From Vicugna vicugna (Eukaryota), in assembly GCA_013265495.1 (NCBI GenBank), contig MU057560.1, positions 2,728,909 through 2,792,908 on the forward strand: a stretch of DNA of 64,000 nucleotides, given 5' to 3'. The notes under the pieces are model-generated. The model saw nothing but the letters and a program-made list of their open reading frames with translations, made no database searches and had not been told where the DNA came from. A program made the position numbers and the translations under genes. Positions 47,831 through 61,126 of this stretch are shown here, in pieces (position 1 is the stretch's first letter; the number at the start of each line of letters is the position of its first letter).

Positions 47831-49241
47831 TTTCTTTCCCCAAGATTTTCATCCTGTATTTATTTATGTATTTGTGTATGATCAATTTTTTTCCTTTGGG
47901 GGGTAATTGGGCTTATTTATTTATTTATTTATAATTTTATTTTATTGAGTTACAGTCAGTTTACAATGTTGTGTCAATTTCCAGTGTAGAGCACAATTTT
48001 TCAGTTTTACATGAACATACATATATTCATTGTTGCATTCTTTTTCACCGTGAGCGACCACAAGATCTTGTATATATTTCTCTGTGCTGTACAGTATAGT
48101 CTTGTTTATCTATTCTACTTATGCCTGTCAGTATCTACAAATTTTGAACTCCCAATCTGTCCCTTCCCACCCCACATCCCCCTTGGCAACCACAAGTTTG
48201 TATTCTATGTCTATGAGTCTGTTTCTGTTTTGTATTTATGTTCATTTGTCTTTTTCTTTCTTTTTTTTTTTTATATTCCACATTTGTACGACCTCATATG
48301 GTATTTTTATTTCTCTTTCTGGCTTACTTCACTTAGAATGACATTCTCCAGGAGCATCCATGTTGCTGCAAATGGTGTTATGTTGTCGGTTTTTATGGCT
48401 GAGTAGTATTCCATTGTATAAATATACCACCTCTTCTTTATCCAGTCATCCGCTGACGGACATTTAGGCTGTTTCCATGTCTTGGCTACTGTACATAGTG
48501 CTGCTATGAACATTGGGGTGCAGGTGTCATTTTGAAGAAGGGTTGCTTCTGGATATATGCCCAGGAGCGGGATTCCTGGGTCATACGATAAGTCTATTCC
48601 TAGTCTTTTGAGGAATCTCCACACTGTTTTCCATAGTGGCTGCACCAAACTGCATTCCCACCAGCAGTGTAGGAGGGTTCCCCTTTCTCCACAGCCTCTC
48701 CAGCATTTGTCATTTGTTGACTTTTGAATGACGGCCATTCTGACTAGTGTGAGGTGATACCTCATCATAGTTTTGATTTGCTTTTCTCTGATAATGAGTG
48801 CTACTAAACATTTTTTCATGTTCCTATTGATCATTTGTATGTCTTCCTTGGAGAATTGCTTGTTTAGGTCTTCTGCCCAAATCAATGGAGCTAGAACACT
48901 CCCTTACACCATACACAAAAATAAACTCAAAATGGATCAAAGACTTAAACATAAGACAAGATACAATAAACCTCCTAGAAGAAAACTTAGGCAAAACATT
49001 ATCTCACATACATCTCAGCGGTGTTCTCCTAGGGCAGTCTACCCAAGCAATAGAAATAAAAACAAGAATAAACAAATGGACCTAATTAAACTTACAAGCT
49101 TGTGCACAGCAAAGGAAACCATAAGTAAAACAAAAAAACAACCTACAGAATGGGAGAAAATATTTGCAAATGAAACCGACAAAGGCTTGATCTCCAGAAT
49201 ATATAAGCAGCTCATACGACTTAAGAAAAAAAAAACCAACC
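47831..49241 (-). mobile_element. Young L1 with 5' inversion (twin priming) and extended 3' tail
   Basis: Minus segment ~47935-48879 carries an intact ORF2 C-terminal frame (48307..48885); plus segment 48880-49241 encodes the ORF2 part immediately upstream ('[17 protein letters not shown]', '[11 protein letters not shown]'). Candidate TSD at 47816-47830 / 49242-49256 (13/15 identical). Confidence 0.92.
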
Positions 49242-52200
49242 CAGCATTTTTTTCTTGAACAAAATACATTCTCTCCTTGACAGTAGGATTATTCTGAAAT
49301 AACCTTGGTTCTTTTAGTCAGTAGTTCCTAATACTGAGACAATCGTGCAGAAGCCTTGATAGAATGCTGATAAATTCCAAATTGACATTAATATAGAAAT
49401 TGTCTCTCGTTGTTCTCCTAAAATAGAAGTGAGCTGGCATTTAGAAACACCCTTGTCATCAACAGACTGTATTTTGTTATGAATGAAATCACGTTATTTC
49501 TAGGAAATAGTTACACATCTAAAGTATTCCAGACTTACCAAGTTGTTTCATAATTGCATCAAAGTGTTAAAGAAGGCAGTGATCTTACAAATTGGTGGCA
49601 GTTGATTAATATAAATATTAAGTGCACTTCGTTTTACCTTCAAACCTAGACATGTATTTAAACTTGTTAGATATCTTGGATTTCAAAGTAACTTAACCAA
49701 ACATGTAAAAGCACATTCTACTTGTCCGTTCTGACCCTTCCTATCCGTGTTTCTGAGTAAAACCATGTACACATTCCTTGGGGAGGAGTTGCCTGTTTGT
49801 ACAGCTAAGTCCCCGCTGGAAGTGTAAGCTCACAGAGAAGCGGGTTCCTGTCCTCCCCCACCCAGGTACTTACGTGCTGTGTTATCTTCTTGTCCTTCAG
49901 AAAATGGTGAAGCCACGTCCAGTGGGCATCTCGGAACGCTGACCGACTGAGGGAGAAAGTCGGCTCCAAAGAGCAACCCCGGGCGACTGATTTCAGGTAC
50001 CTGCCGTCCGCTCCCTGGGGGCTGAGGACAAGGGTCCTCTCGCCCCAAGCCCCCAACGTCCACTGGCACGCCCTCCCATCTCGGCCTCCCGCTGCTTCCA
50101 GACCTCCGGGAGGCAGTCAGCACCCTGTGCTGCGTCCCCTCCAGACAGACAGCTTATGCTAAAAAGAGTCATTTTCAGTTAAGTTAGGTGATGCTCATTG
50201 TTCCTGCTACTAAAGCTGTGTAGTGCGGGACCAGCCTGCAGCCTTCTGGGCGCCGTGAGGGGTGCTGGGATCGCTGGTGCGGAGTGCGGGACACTGGGAC
50301 CTTGGATGGAAAGGCGGAATTGTTGCCCCCAACCCCACACCGGCTGCAGAAGTAGCTGGTCAGAGAGGGTCACTAATTATGCCTCAGAGAGCTGGGGGGA
50401 GGTCGGCAAAGACCAGATGATCGCCGCCCAGGCAGCACAGGTTTTAGGGACTCTCACAGGCTGGCATCCGCTTGGCCGTCCTGTGACTCAGTTCCCACCT
50501 CCGCAAAGCTCAGCCTCTGACCGTGGGCAGGACACGGACCAGAAGCTCCAGTGGTGTCTTCTCCAGACCCACCTGCAGGGTCCACCCGGCACAGGCTGCT
50601 CGCTGGGGGGAAACAGGAAGGCTCTGGGGCACCGGTACCTGCTTAGGACGCCACGCGAGGAGGCCTTTCCAGGTTCACTGTGCCAGTCATTTCTCTGTCT
50701 GCCAGCTGCCCTGCTTGCCCGCGTGATGGCAGAGTTGCTCGCCGTCACGTGGGTGGGACCTAGGGCTCGGCCTCTGCCGCGAGCCGCGCCGTGCGCGCTG
50801 CAGGCTTTGGGAGCTTTAGGAGCCGGCCCAGCGGGTCACACCTGCTCCAGTCATTCTCTTGTCTGGATCCCGACACTTTTCAAAGACGTCTCCTCCTTGG
50901 TTGGGGTTGGGGAAGCCATTATGTTTGTCATTTCCCTGGAGCTTGGGGAAAAAGAAAAAAAAAACTGCATGCTGAGTGCTCAGCCGGCAGCTGACTTTAA
51001 AGTAGTTAAAGTTTCTGACACGTGGCTGTTTCCTCACGTGCAGGCGGTCGCTTCGTCCAGCCTCGCTGAGTTTTAGTCATAAATGGGTTGTGTTCTGTGG
51101 GTCTGAACTGACATGTCTGGCGCGGGTTACGTGCCCCATGTCTGAGTGGTGGCTGGTCACGCGGTGTCCCGCGCAGCGTCTGAATGCAGCTCTCCTCGGA
51201 GTTCAACACACACACGTTCCTACGTGTGTGAGCCAGTGTCCAAAGGAAAAGCCACGTTCACGCCTGACAAACCTGGCCTTGAGCAGGCGTCTCACTTGAG
51301 GCAGAGCATTTGATTTCGAGAGATGTGTATTCTCAAGGCGGCCGGTTGGACTTATTCAGAATAGATGAAAAACATTCCAAGGTGCCAGCAGGCCCGCATC
51401 TGGTGCCGCAGCCCACCGGTCCTCCCACCGTGTGTCTGTCACAGCCCTGGGGACGGTAGGCTCTTCTGGGGGGAAGATGAGCTGAGGGCCTCCAGGTTGA
51501 TCGGGTAATAGTTACAACACAAGAGCCCAACCACACCTGCGATGGTCTCACCCCATGGTCACCGTGCACCTGCCGCCCCCCTGCGGGCTCTGGTGACGGC
51601 GCTGTGGCACCAGGGGCAGGGAGCGCAGCTCGCACCCGACTTCTGGGTGTCTTTACCCATTCTCCTGTCCTTCCAAGACCCGTGCTTGGCCCTCAGGGGA
51701 TAATCAGTACATATCTGCTGTAAGCATGTCGTGAACACTTTGGTCCTGGGAGAGGAAACAGAACAGCAGATGAAAGCAAAGGGCTTAGCGCCTTGACGTG
51801 GGGAGTCTCCAGTGCCACAACCCTAGCTCCCGGGATGAAGGCCAGGCCTTCACGTGGTCACCTGTGAGAGACTGTGTGAGGGTCAGATCGCTGAGACCCG
51901 GTGGGCCCGCGTCTCCTTGCAGGGGTCCGGCAGTAAGTGTCTTGGTCTCCCTGAGGCCTCCCCGGGAAAGCAGCCGGGACTCCCGTGGACGAGTGCACGT
52001 GACCGTGTTCCAGGAAGACTTCACCCGCGAGGCCGCAGCACGGGGTCTGGCCCTCAGGTGGCAGTTTGCCAGTCAGCGGTGGACATCTAAATGAAGCGTC
52101 CTAAACAGCCCCCATCGTTTTTGGAAAATAGAATAAAACTCTCACTATTTCCTCAAACTGTTACTTGCAAACTCGCCCAGTGGGTTCTACAGTTATGGCC

Positions 52201-53094
52201 CCAGGAAGTCGCTCCCAGCCTGGCTGGCGCTTGGCCAGTGCGGGCGCTGAGCAGCCGGGATGGGGCCCAGCCAGGAGCCATGGCGGCCAAGACACCTGCG
52301 AAGGCAGGGCGGGCCCACGGAACTCGTGAGGTCTAAACAGGAGCAAATAGCAAATTTTCTTAACGACTCTGCCTTTACCAACCTGCTTGCCAAGAAATAT
52401 CCTGCAATCATCCTGAAAGTGGTGTCAGAATAAAATCAGATTAAAACCAACACCCAGAGGTGTCACTCCCCCTGTCCACACACGGAGTAGCACGTGCCAA
52501 GCCCCAGTGCCGAGGGGGAGCTCTTCCAGGGACGCGGACTCCAGTCAGCGATGCGGACGCTGGTCACCAGGGCCCCGGGGTAGGGGCGGGGCTTCGGTGC
52601 GGGCGACACCGCGGACTTCAGTAAAATGTGATCCATTCAGTCTGTTTCTCCAAATACTCTGCAACTCCAAAATGCATGTACACATAATGTGGAACATAGG
52701 GATTAAGACGCTGAGTACAGAAGGATGACTTTGAATTGCAGCGGAAGCTTTGGATAAAGGGGTTAATCCTGGAACACACTGTAGATTCTTTTCTAAAAGG
52801 CTAGTTTGTGAACGTCTCAACCTTTCTGCCTTATTTGGGATGTGAATTAGTAGTGTAACTCACTTAGTTAAAATGCAGAACATTGCCTGATACTTTCGAC
52901 TGAAATTATTTTTTTTTAGGATATGTGTACCTTTAAAGCCGCATTTTGACAGCAAGTTATTTCAGAGCAGATCTGAATGGGAGAAAGCGGGCTGAGGAAG
53001 CGCAGCCTGCATGACACCCTAAGTGTTTAGAGAAGAGTGCCCAGCTGGGCCCGCAGCGGCTTGACGCCATGTCCGAGTCTGAGGAGCAACTGGC

Positions 53095-53295
53095 AGGCTT
53101 CCAGGCAGGGAGCAGATCCCAATTCTGCCGCAGGATCTGCGTGACTTTAGAGAAGTTGTTTAACTCCTGGGCTCTGAGCCTCGGTTTCCCCATCAGTTAA
53201 ACGGGCATAGTAAGTTCTTAACAGAAGTGCTGTAAGGATTAAGTGAGATACAGAACGTGCAAAGCACTAAATTCGGTCATTGAAACACAGAAGCT
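53095..53295 (+). mobile_element. MIR SINE
   Basis: 'gtgactttagagaagttgtttaactcc...ctctgagcctcggtttccccatcagttaaacggg...aaggattaagtgagata'. Confidence 0.75.
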
Positions 53296-56200
53296 ATTTT
53301 AGCGTTTACGCAGCTGTGCTGCGTCTGAGACGGGCAGTGGGCTGCCCGTAAGTCTCAGACAGACGCATCCGATTCCCTTCCAGACTGCAGCTGCCCGAGG
53401 AACAGCAGGGCCAGGCGATGCCCCTTTCCTGGGCCACGGGACTAGCGTGAGAAAGGGTGAAGGCGAATCTCCCTCCCTGTTTCTTGGAAGACGCAGCTCT
53501 TGGAAAGGGAGAGGAGCTGGTAGGCAGTGCGTCCATGAGCAGTCCAGACACGCCACTCCTGGCTTAGAAGTGGCACCTGTTCAGGGTCCTCCCTCTCCAC
53601 CTCGGCGTCTTCTACCCAACGCTCTTTGGTGTCCGCTTGGCATCCAGAGGACGGGGGCTCCCGAGGACAGGGGTGCTGTCCTGCTCGTGCTCCCAGTCCT
53701 CAGCGCAGCCGGGCGGCGCGCACCGGGATGCAGCTGTTGGTCTCATCCGTGAATGAACGCACCTTCGTGCCAAGTGAAGGTCTGTGACGTAGAGCCGATT
53801 CGCAGTGACCTCTGCGGAACGTGACTGAGGGTGAAAGGGAGGGACAGAACTTTCTTTTTCCTTGTGTCTCGACATCTATGTAACAAAGGTGTGCATGTAT
53901 TTTTTCTGCCAAAGGTGGCAGGAGTGTTTACTTTTCACTTTATGCCACTGCTTCCACTCGATTTCCTGGCACGTGTGTCACTGTATCACGTGCAGTGAGA
54001 CGCACTCACCCCTCCACCCACCGGCCTTTCCCCTCAGACACCCCACTTCCGTGGCGCCTTCTCAAACGTCCATCTTTACTCGTGGCCCCACCCCTCCTGC
54101 AAAGTGTGGGTGTCATAAATCCGCAAACACTAACCCCACTGATTGGAGGCTGTTTTCTTGAGGGTCTCTGAGGCTATGTTTCTTACAGGTACCATGAAGG
54201 GAGGATTTTTAACCTACATTTAAAGGAAACAAATGCCTATTAAAACAAAACAAGTTATTAAGTAAATTGCTGCAAACCTCATCTATACACTTAAAGGTAT
54301 AACCATGTGCATTTCTGGAGCATTGTTTTGAATCAGCTGCTACCCACCAGACATCGTAGATACACACACACACACACAAATGGAATTAGAGAATTGTGCC
54401 ATAGACCAGTTCACATTTAACCATTTAACGGGGAGGAGGCATGTATACCCCCAAAACCCACGCACTGAAAAGGGCTAGAAAAGGGGTGTGGGTAAGGCGA
54501 TCGGGTGCCACGCACCCTAAGCGTGGGGGAGTCTGAGCGTTCCTGGGGAAGGCGGCGGGAGTCCTGGGTAGTCACCGCCAGGCCGCCCTCCGTGGGCACC
54601 TCCACGTTTTTCAGACAGATGTGGGTATTTCAGACGTGGCACTAGCATCTGGAAGGACCCTGCAGCGTGAGGGTGGGAGCAGGAGGGGACGCCAGGCACA
54701 GCACGTTCAGAGTAAGTGCTGTAGATGGGGAGGAAACGGGGTGAGTTTAAACAAGGGAGACCCGAGCTGCCCCTTCCTTCATAGGACGGTTGAAGGGCAG
54801 CCTCCCCGGATGGTCCAGCCGAGGCTGACGGTCTCAGGGAGGGAGGAGCGGGCGGTGTGGAGGCAGGAAGGATGGATGGGGTCAAACCCAGGTGAGACAG
54901 ACTTTGTCACCCAACCAGCTGGGAAGAGTGGTCGCGAAGCACTTAAAACAACACGTGTGACACACGGAGCTGAGTGTCTGGGGCACGGCTCGGTCTCTAC
55001 ATCACGGCTACGACTGTGATTCATGAGGAACCGGGACTTGCCCACCCCGCCAGCAAAGGCGGAGGCGACCTGGCTCACATCCGCGTGGCGCCGCTGCTCC
55101 CCGCGCAGCTGTGGGCGGAGCGCGGCCGCTCCGCTCCCTGGGCACCGGCGTCAGGAGCTTTCAAGGATACTTTGTTGAAGGAAAAAGCAAGATACACAAG
55201 GGAAGCAGAAGCAGGACCCACACCTGTACTTGCCTGTATTTGCATGAAAGCTTCTGGAAGGGAGGGCGGGGCTGACAGTTGTCTGCGTGTCGTCACCGTG
55301 CAGAGCAGGCGGGGACAGGCGGGAGCTCTCGGTGCGTTTATTCGCCCTTTATTCAGTTTTACTTATTTTTGCACCAGGCGAATGTAAAGGAAGGAAGGGA
55401 AGGAGGGACGGGAGAGGAGGAGGGATGCCAAGGCTCGAAGGAAGGAAGCGGTTGGGCGGGAGGAGGCGGGCGAGGAGGCGGCGCGGCACTGTCCCATCAG
55501 CGTCCCCCCGCGCGGTCACCCCCGAGCAGCTTCCGGGCTCCCCGCGTGTCTCGTGAGCGACATGTGCCCTTCTTTCCAAGATCTTCTAGTTTAAAATTTG
55601 TCTTACAAAGTCTGAAACCAGAAGCCGCAGCACTGTTCATCCACTTCCTCCGTAGTAGTTATCGTTTTAAGAACGACTTTTCAAAATAATTAAAAGAATG
55701 TGTTTTCTCCAGTAACAGTCAGGAAATGCCGGTCGGTGACAAACAGTGGGAAGAAATGGCAGTGGTCAAACGCTACAGAAATCCTTCAGAATCCGGAAGG
55801 AGAGTGGTTTTATGTCTTAGTCATGTTTTTTTTTAACACAGCAAAAGAGTACAAAGAAGATGTTATGTACCAGTGGGGGAGACGTGAACATGGCCTGTTT
55901 CCTGACATGATGGAAGCAGTAGGAAGTACCTTTTTTGTTAAAATCACACTTCGATTATGCAGAATTTTTTCTCCCTTAGGAGATGAACGCTGAAGGGTTT
56001 ATTTAGGTGTGAGGAGCGGTGATACCTACAGCGTACTTTCCAAAGGTTCAGAAGGACGTGTGAGCGTGTGGCGTGTGTGTGAGAGCAGTGTGGGGTGTGT
56101 ATCACATATGCCTGTGCGTGCGTGTGTGTGTGTGAGATTCGTGTGCCCGCCGGTAGTAGGCGGCGTGGACAGTGTGGTCCAGGAAGGCGCAAGGCAACCT

Positions 56201-58469
56201 TCCTGCATCTCTTTTTCTTAAGTATTTATTTCCTAAACGTTCATTTCTGAAACATCCTTATACGTGTTACAGATTGAGAGTAGGAGTCACAACTCCTTCC
56301 CCATTTAGGTGAAGATCAACTGTCTCCTGGGTGCAGTTTCCTGAGCCCCGCTCCCAGCACCCGGGATAGCTGGCTCCCCTCCATCAGAGGCGTCCTGGCA
56401 TCACCCGATGAGCAGTGACGGCCCTTTCGTTTACAGAGGAGGAGGAAACTCCCCTCCTCGTGGAAAGACTTTTCTGAGGCCAAAGCGTTTATTCATGACG
56501 GAGATGCAAATGAACTCTGACTTCAGGGCACCTTCCAGCCTCTCACACTGCAGTGGCTTGCTTGCATCGGATTAATTAAAACAGACTTTCTCCCAAGACA
56601 CTCAGTATGAAACGTGTGTACGTGGGAGTGTGATTGTGAATGCAGGAAATCCCTCCTTCTGAGAAACAGGGTGTATGCGCTTCTGAGAATTTCATCCATC
56701 ATCTGTAAACAGCTTATCTCTTTCCTTCACATGCTCCGAAATCACTAAGCAAAATGTCAGATTTTGTAAACACCGTCTTTCTTTCAATTCATCCTCACGC
56801 AGAAAACAGAAGGGACTGTTTGTCACTGAGCTCTTCTCCCTAGAGCCGCTATGCTGGGTGCCCATTACAGAAGAGGAAATAACGCAGAAGAAGAACTCGG
56901 TCACCCCAGAGTCGGGGGCAGGGGTCTCGGGGAGCCCGGCCCTGCGCCGATGCCGCGATGGCCGGGTGCTCGGCTCCGTGGGGCCCCGGCCAGCTGCAGC
57001 CAGGCAGGGTGTGGAAGGGCCTGTGCCAGCCTGGAGGGGCGTCTGTTCCAGGGTCTAAAGAGCAAACCTCTGGAAGGAAGGAATGAAAGCGGGGGGAGGA
57101 CGAGAAAAGAGCAAAATTCGAACCTAGTTCTGTAAGAATTAAAACGAACAAAACCGTCCACCTGCCCAGCCTCCAGGCTCAGTCGGTGTCACTGCGCCAT
57201 GACGATAAGGTGAAACGATGGCCCTAGCTGACCACGCTTACCAGGACGGCTAAGTTGTGTTCGCTCTCCTCTGTCCGCACCCAGAAGGAAGCTGTGTTTA
57301 CATAGAGTGTGCGCGTGTATCTTTAGATTATAAGAGTATGTGCATTGCTGCAGAGATCGCACTGAGGTCATCTTTGCTCCGTTAAATGCTGGCCCGCCTG
57401 TGAGAATCCGTGAGGGGAAGTTCACGCCTCTCCGTGAACAAGACGAGCAACCGGGCCTTTCTCCCCCACACGCACCGGGAAGTGCACGCCCGGCCACACC
57501 GTCTTTGTCGCGCTTTTCGGCTGATCCCTTGGCAGGTTGCGCCCGAGGACGGCCGCCCAGGACGAGAGTCGGTTGGTTTGTTGGTGGTGTTTGGTGTTTT
57601 ACTTTTCACGACCACAAGCAGAAAAATAAGTTCCATTTCAGTTATAAATCTTCAAAATGCTTTGTCAGACACTTTCAACTAATGATCTGCTTTTATGGAA
57701 AACGGAAATAAATGGCACCCGGGCAGGCCGCCGACTGCCTCAGAGCGGGGGTGCTCACGAGGCCCCGCCTCCAGAGCTCCAGCAAACCAGGTCACCCCGA
57801 GCGCCCATCGAGTGGAAGCTCGCAGCACAGCCCAAGGCCACAGGAGGCTCCAGGTGTCTGTGCGGGGCCCTGTCACCTGCGTCAGGCAGGATGCGCTGGG
57901 CTGTTTAACAAGTGAACTCGGAAATAAACCCAGGATGCTCAGCACGCAGAAGTTTTCTTCTTGGTCACCTCACAGCCCTGATGCAGGCTGGGCGGCCCCT
58001 CCAGTTGGTGCCTCTGCCGTCTGGAACCCAGGGTCCTCTGGAAGGAGCGGCGCCTAGAGACGTGCAGGATGAGGGGGGCCAGGTGAAGCCTCCCATTACT
58101 CGGAGATCGGATTTCAGGTCCCAGCCCTGCCGGAGGGAAGCTGGCAAGTACAGCCCTCGGTGGGGAATGCAGCCCTGTGCCCTCCCTCCCAGGTGCATCA
58201 GCGGGGCCGTGGGGACCGTGGGCCACCCGTGCCTACACCCGTGTCCCACCAGCTCCCCTCACCCTGCTCTGTTCTGCCCCGTAAACGTCGTGGGCACAGT
58301 GGGGCCCCGGGTCTGCCTCCCGGGGAGGGACGTGGACTCAGGTTCCAGTGTCACTGCTCTTTCCCGCAGACGCACTCAGAAGCGGCTGTGGGCCCGGATC
58401 GTGCACTGTGACCTTCGCGGCTGGCCAGGCTGCCTCGTGTGCATGCGCACTCGGGCTCGCTTCCCCAAA

Positions 58470-59160
58470 CATGGGTTACTTTGAAGCAAATCCGAGTCAG
58501 TGTGAAATTTTATCAAAGATACTCCAGCATGAATTCCTAACATAGGAAGTTTCTCTTCTGTGAAACCATAGCCACCCATCAACCCTTTAATTATCACCAG
58601 ACATCCAGGCCCGGCTCAGAGTCCCCAGACTGTTGCACAGATTTATTTTCATAGTTTGTTTGGATCAGAATCCAAACAGCATCTGCAGGGCTCCCTGCTG
58701 ACGGGACTTGACCCTCTCCCGGACCTACGTCGGTTCCCTCCCGCCTCCGCCTTCACCCCTGCCTCTTGTGCCCGCTGGCGCTGAAGCGGGGTCCCTCGTG
58801 CTCTAAAGGGTCCCGCAGTCTGGACTTGGCTGGTTTCCCCCCTGGGGTGTCACCTACCGTGTTCCTCCGGCCCCTGAGTTTCCTGCAAACTGGCAGTTGG
58901 ATCAGAGGCCTCACCGATTCAGAGGTGACCTGTGTCTTCCTACGTCATCACAATGCAGGGGACGCACAGAGGTCTGCTCTCCCCTCAGTCATGGTGCTGT
59001 TGGTCAGAGTCACCAGCCACCCCATCTGTTAGAAAGTCACCCATCAACCTTTCCAGTCAGGGATGCTCGTTACCTAGACCCGACACCTCCTCAGCCTTAC
59101 GAGGTGGCGTCCTCCTTCCTCCCTCACCGACGAGCAGATGGGTCATGAAGCAGCGGCTCC
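58470..59160 (-). mobile_element. L1MC4/5-like 3' end fragment
   Basis: 'tttgtttggatcagaatccaaa', 'gtctggacttggctggtt' and 'gtgttcctccggcccctgagtttcctgcaaactggcagttggatcagaggc' follow the L1MC4 3'UTR. Confidence 0.7.
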
Positions 59161-59169
59161 TACTGCACA

Positions 59170-59383
59170 CAGGACCGCAGGGCAGCAGGACAGCAGGACC
59201 GCAGGACAGCAGGACCTCAGGACCCAGGACAGCAGGGTAGGAGGACCTCAGGACCGCAGGACCGCAGGACAGCTGGACCGCAGGACAGCAGGGTAGGAGG
59301 ACCTCAGGACCACAGGACCGCAGGACAGCTGGACCGCAGGACAGCAGGGTAGCAGGGCCTCAGGACCGCAGGACCGCAGGACC
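59170..59383. repeat. 8-bp minisatellite (CAGGAC[C/A]G) with a 56-bp higher-order repeat
   Basis: About 27 octamers; the 7-octamer block caggacag-cagggtag-gaggacct-caggaccg-caggaccg-caggacag-ctggaccg recurs at 59225, 59281 and 59337 (partial). Confidence 0.9.
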
Positions 59384-60487
59384 AGTACTTCGTGCCGCCC
59401 ACCCCTTTCCCAAGCAGGGATGTCCATTCTCTTTCGATGAGGACTGTGGGTTCTAAGAAGTGAAAAGGCGTTTATTGGAGGGAACAAGTGGTGTCTCTTG
59501 AGGTTTCCCTTGTGTTTGCTGAGCGCACAGTCTGTCTTTTGTGCCCGTTAACACTGGTGACGTCAGGAATAAGAGCTTTCAGTGAGCACGAACAGCCCTT
59601 GTGCTGTGGGATTGGCACGTGCATTCCCTCTGGTCAGTTTCTCAGGGCCTGGAAGTCGATGCCCTGATGATTTCTGCCTGCGGTAGGAGCCCGAGGTGTG
59701 CAGAGGGGTGGGCGGTGTCTTGCCCATGGTCACCCACGAAATGGTCACCTGTAAGATGGTAGCCTGGGTTACCTGGGCCCTGTGACTGGTGGTCCAGCCT
59801 CTGAGCGCATCGCAGGCAGCTTCCCACGTGTTCATGGTGCAGGCAGAGGACAAGGAGGCGGCACACGGAAGGGCCTTCCAAAGAAACGCAAGTTCTCAGC
59901 CACTTTGTGTGAAGAGCATAGCAGGTGGTGGGCCAGGGGGTTAAGGTCATCTAGGCGGGGGTTAGGTCATCTGGTTGGTTAGCGGAGCTGAGGGCTGCTG
60001 GGGGGTCAAGTCCAGAGGTCGCCCCTGGCTTTTCCGTCCTACACGGGCAGACCTGGAGCCCGCAGCTTTGCGCAGGTCCATCAGCCCCACGCTGACTGCC
60101 CGCCAGCCTCCCCACGCGCTTCCCAAGGTGGATGTGCTGGATGCTGGCTTTGCCTGGTGTTGGGGGCAGAGGGCTCAGAGCACCTGCAGTCCCCACCCTG
60201 GCCATCTGCTCCAGTGACTTCCCCTTGGGGATCTGAGACGCAAGCAGCAGGATTCCTTTCGTGGTAAAAAGGAGCTCTTTCAGCTGTTAGGTGACCTTTC
60301 TTCCACTGCAAATGCTATTTATTTCCCTGGCCGCGGTCCCAGGACAGCCTGGAAGTAAGGGGACACTCGCGAGACCTTCAGCTCCCAACGCCCTCTGCGC
60401 CCACCCTTCCACAGAGCAGCTCCCTGGCCCCACCTGCTCCATCCTGCTGTCACGGGGAGACCCAGGTGACGACTCGCCACCACATCT

Positions 60488-61126
60488 GCCTGTCCCTCCA
60501 CATTGATGTCGGTGCCTTATATGTGGTTTCAAGTGTGCGTGTGCACGCATGTTTGCACACCTGTGCATGCCTGTGTGTCTGCACGTGCACACCTGTGTGT
60601 GTGCGTGTGCGTGTGTGATGCGAGGACAGTGGGAAGGAGAGGGGAAAGCAGAGCCCTAGGGGAGGAGGGAGCCGGTGTGTCCTCACACGAATTCCAGTTC
60701 GACTCAGCACAGTGCCCAAGCCCGGCCGAGGGTGTGCACGCCGGACGCGCGCGGGGAGGAGCGGGGCGCCAGGAGCCCCCTTTGACAGGCCCTGCGGGCT
60801 TTGCGGAGCCTGTCCCTCCACATTGATGTCGGTGCCTTATATGTGGTTTCAAGTGTGCGTGTGCATGCATGTTTGCACACCCGTGCATGCCTGTGTGTCT
60901 GCACGTGCACACCTGTGTGTGTGCGTTTGCGTGTGTGATGCGAGGACAGTGGGAAGGAGAGGGGAAAGCAGAGCCCTAGGGGAGGAGGGAGCCGGTGTGT
61001 CCTCACACGAATTCCAGTTCGACTCAGCACAGTGCCCAAGCCCGGCCGAGGGTGTGCACGCCGGACGCGCGCGGGGAGGAGCGGGGCGCCAGGAGCCCCC
61101 TTTGACAGGCCCTGCGGGCTTTGCGG
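60488..61126. repeat. Near-perfect 320-bp tandem duplication
   Basis: Copy 1 at 60488-60807, copy 2 at 60808-61126; I count 3 substitutions. Confidence 0.95.

Noticed and set aside
48307..49258. Functional L1 ORF2 or host CDS
   Set aside because: Only the C-terminal part of ORF2, split by an inversion, with no promoter, ORF1 or RT domain.
50198..51076. 292-aa ORF
   Set aside because: Non-ATG start, no recognisable family, composition expected from stop-poor GC-rich DNA.
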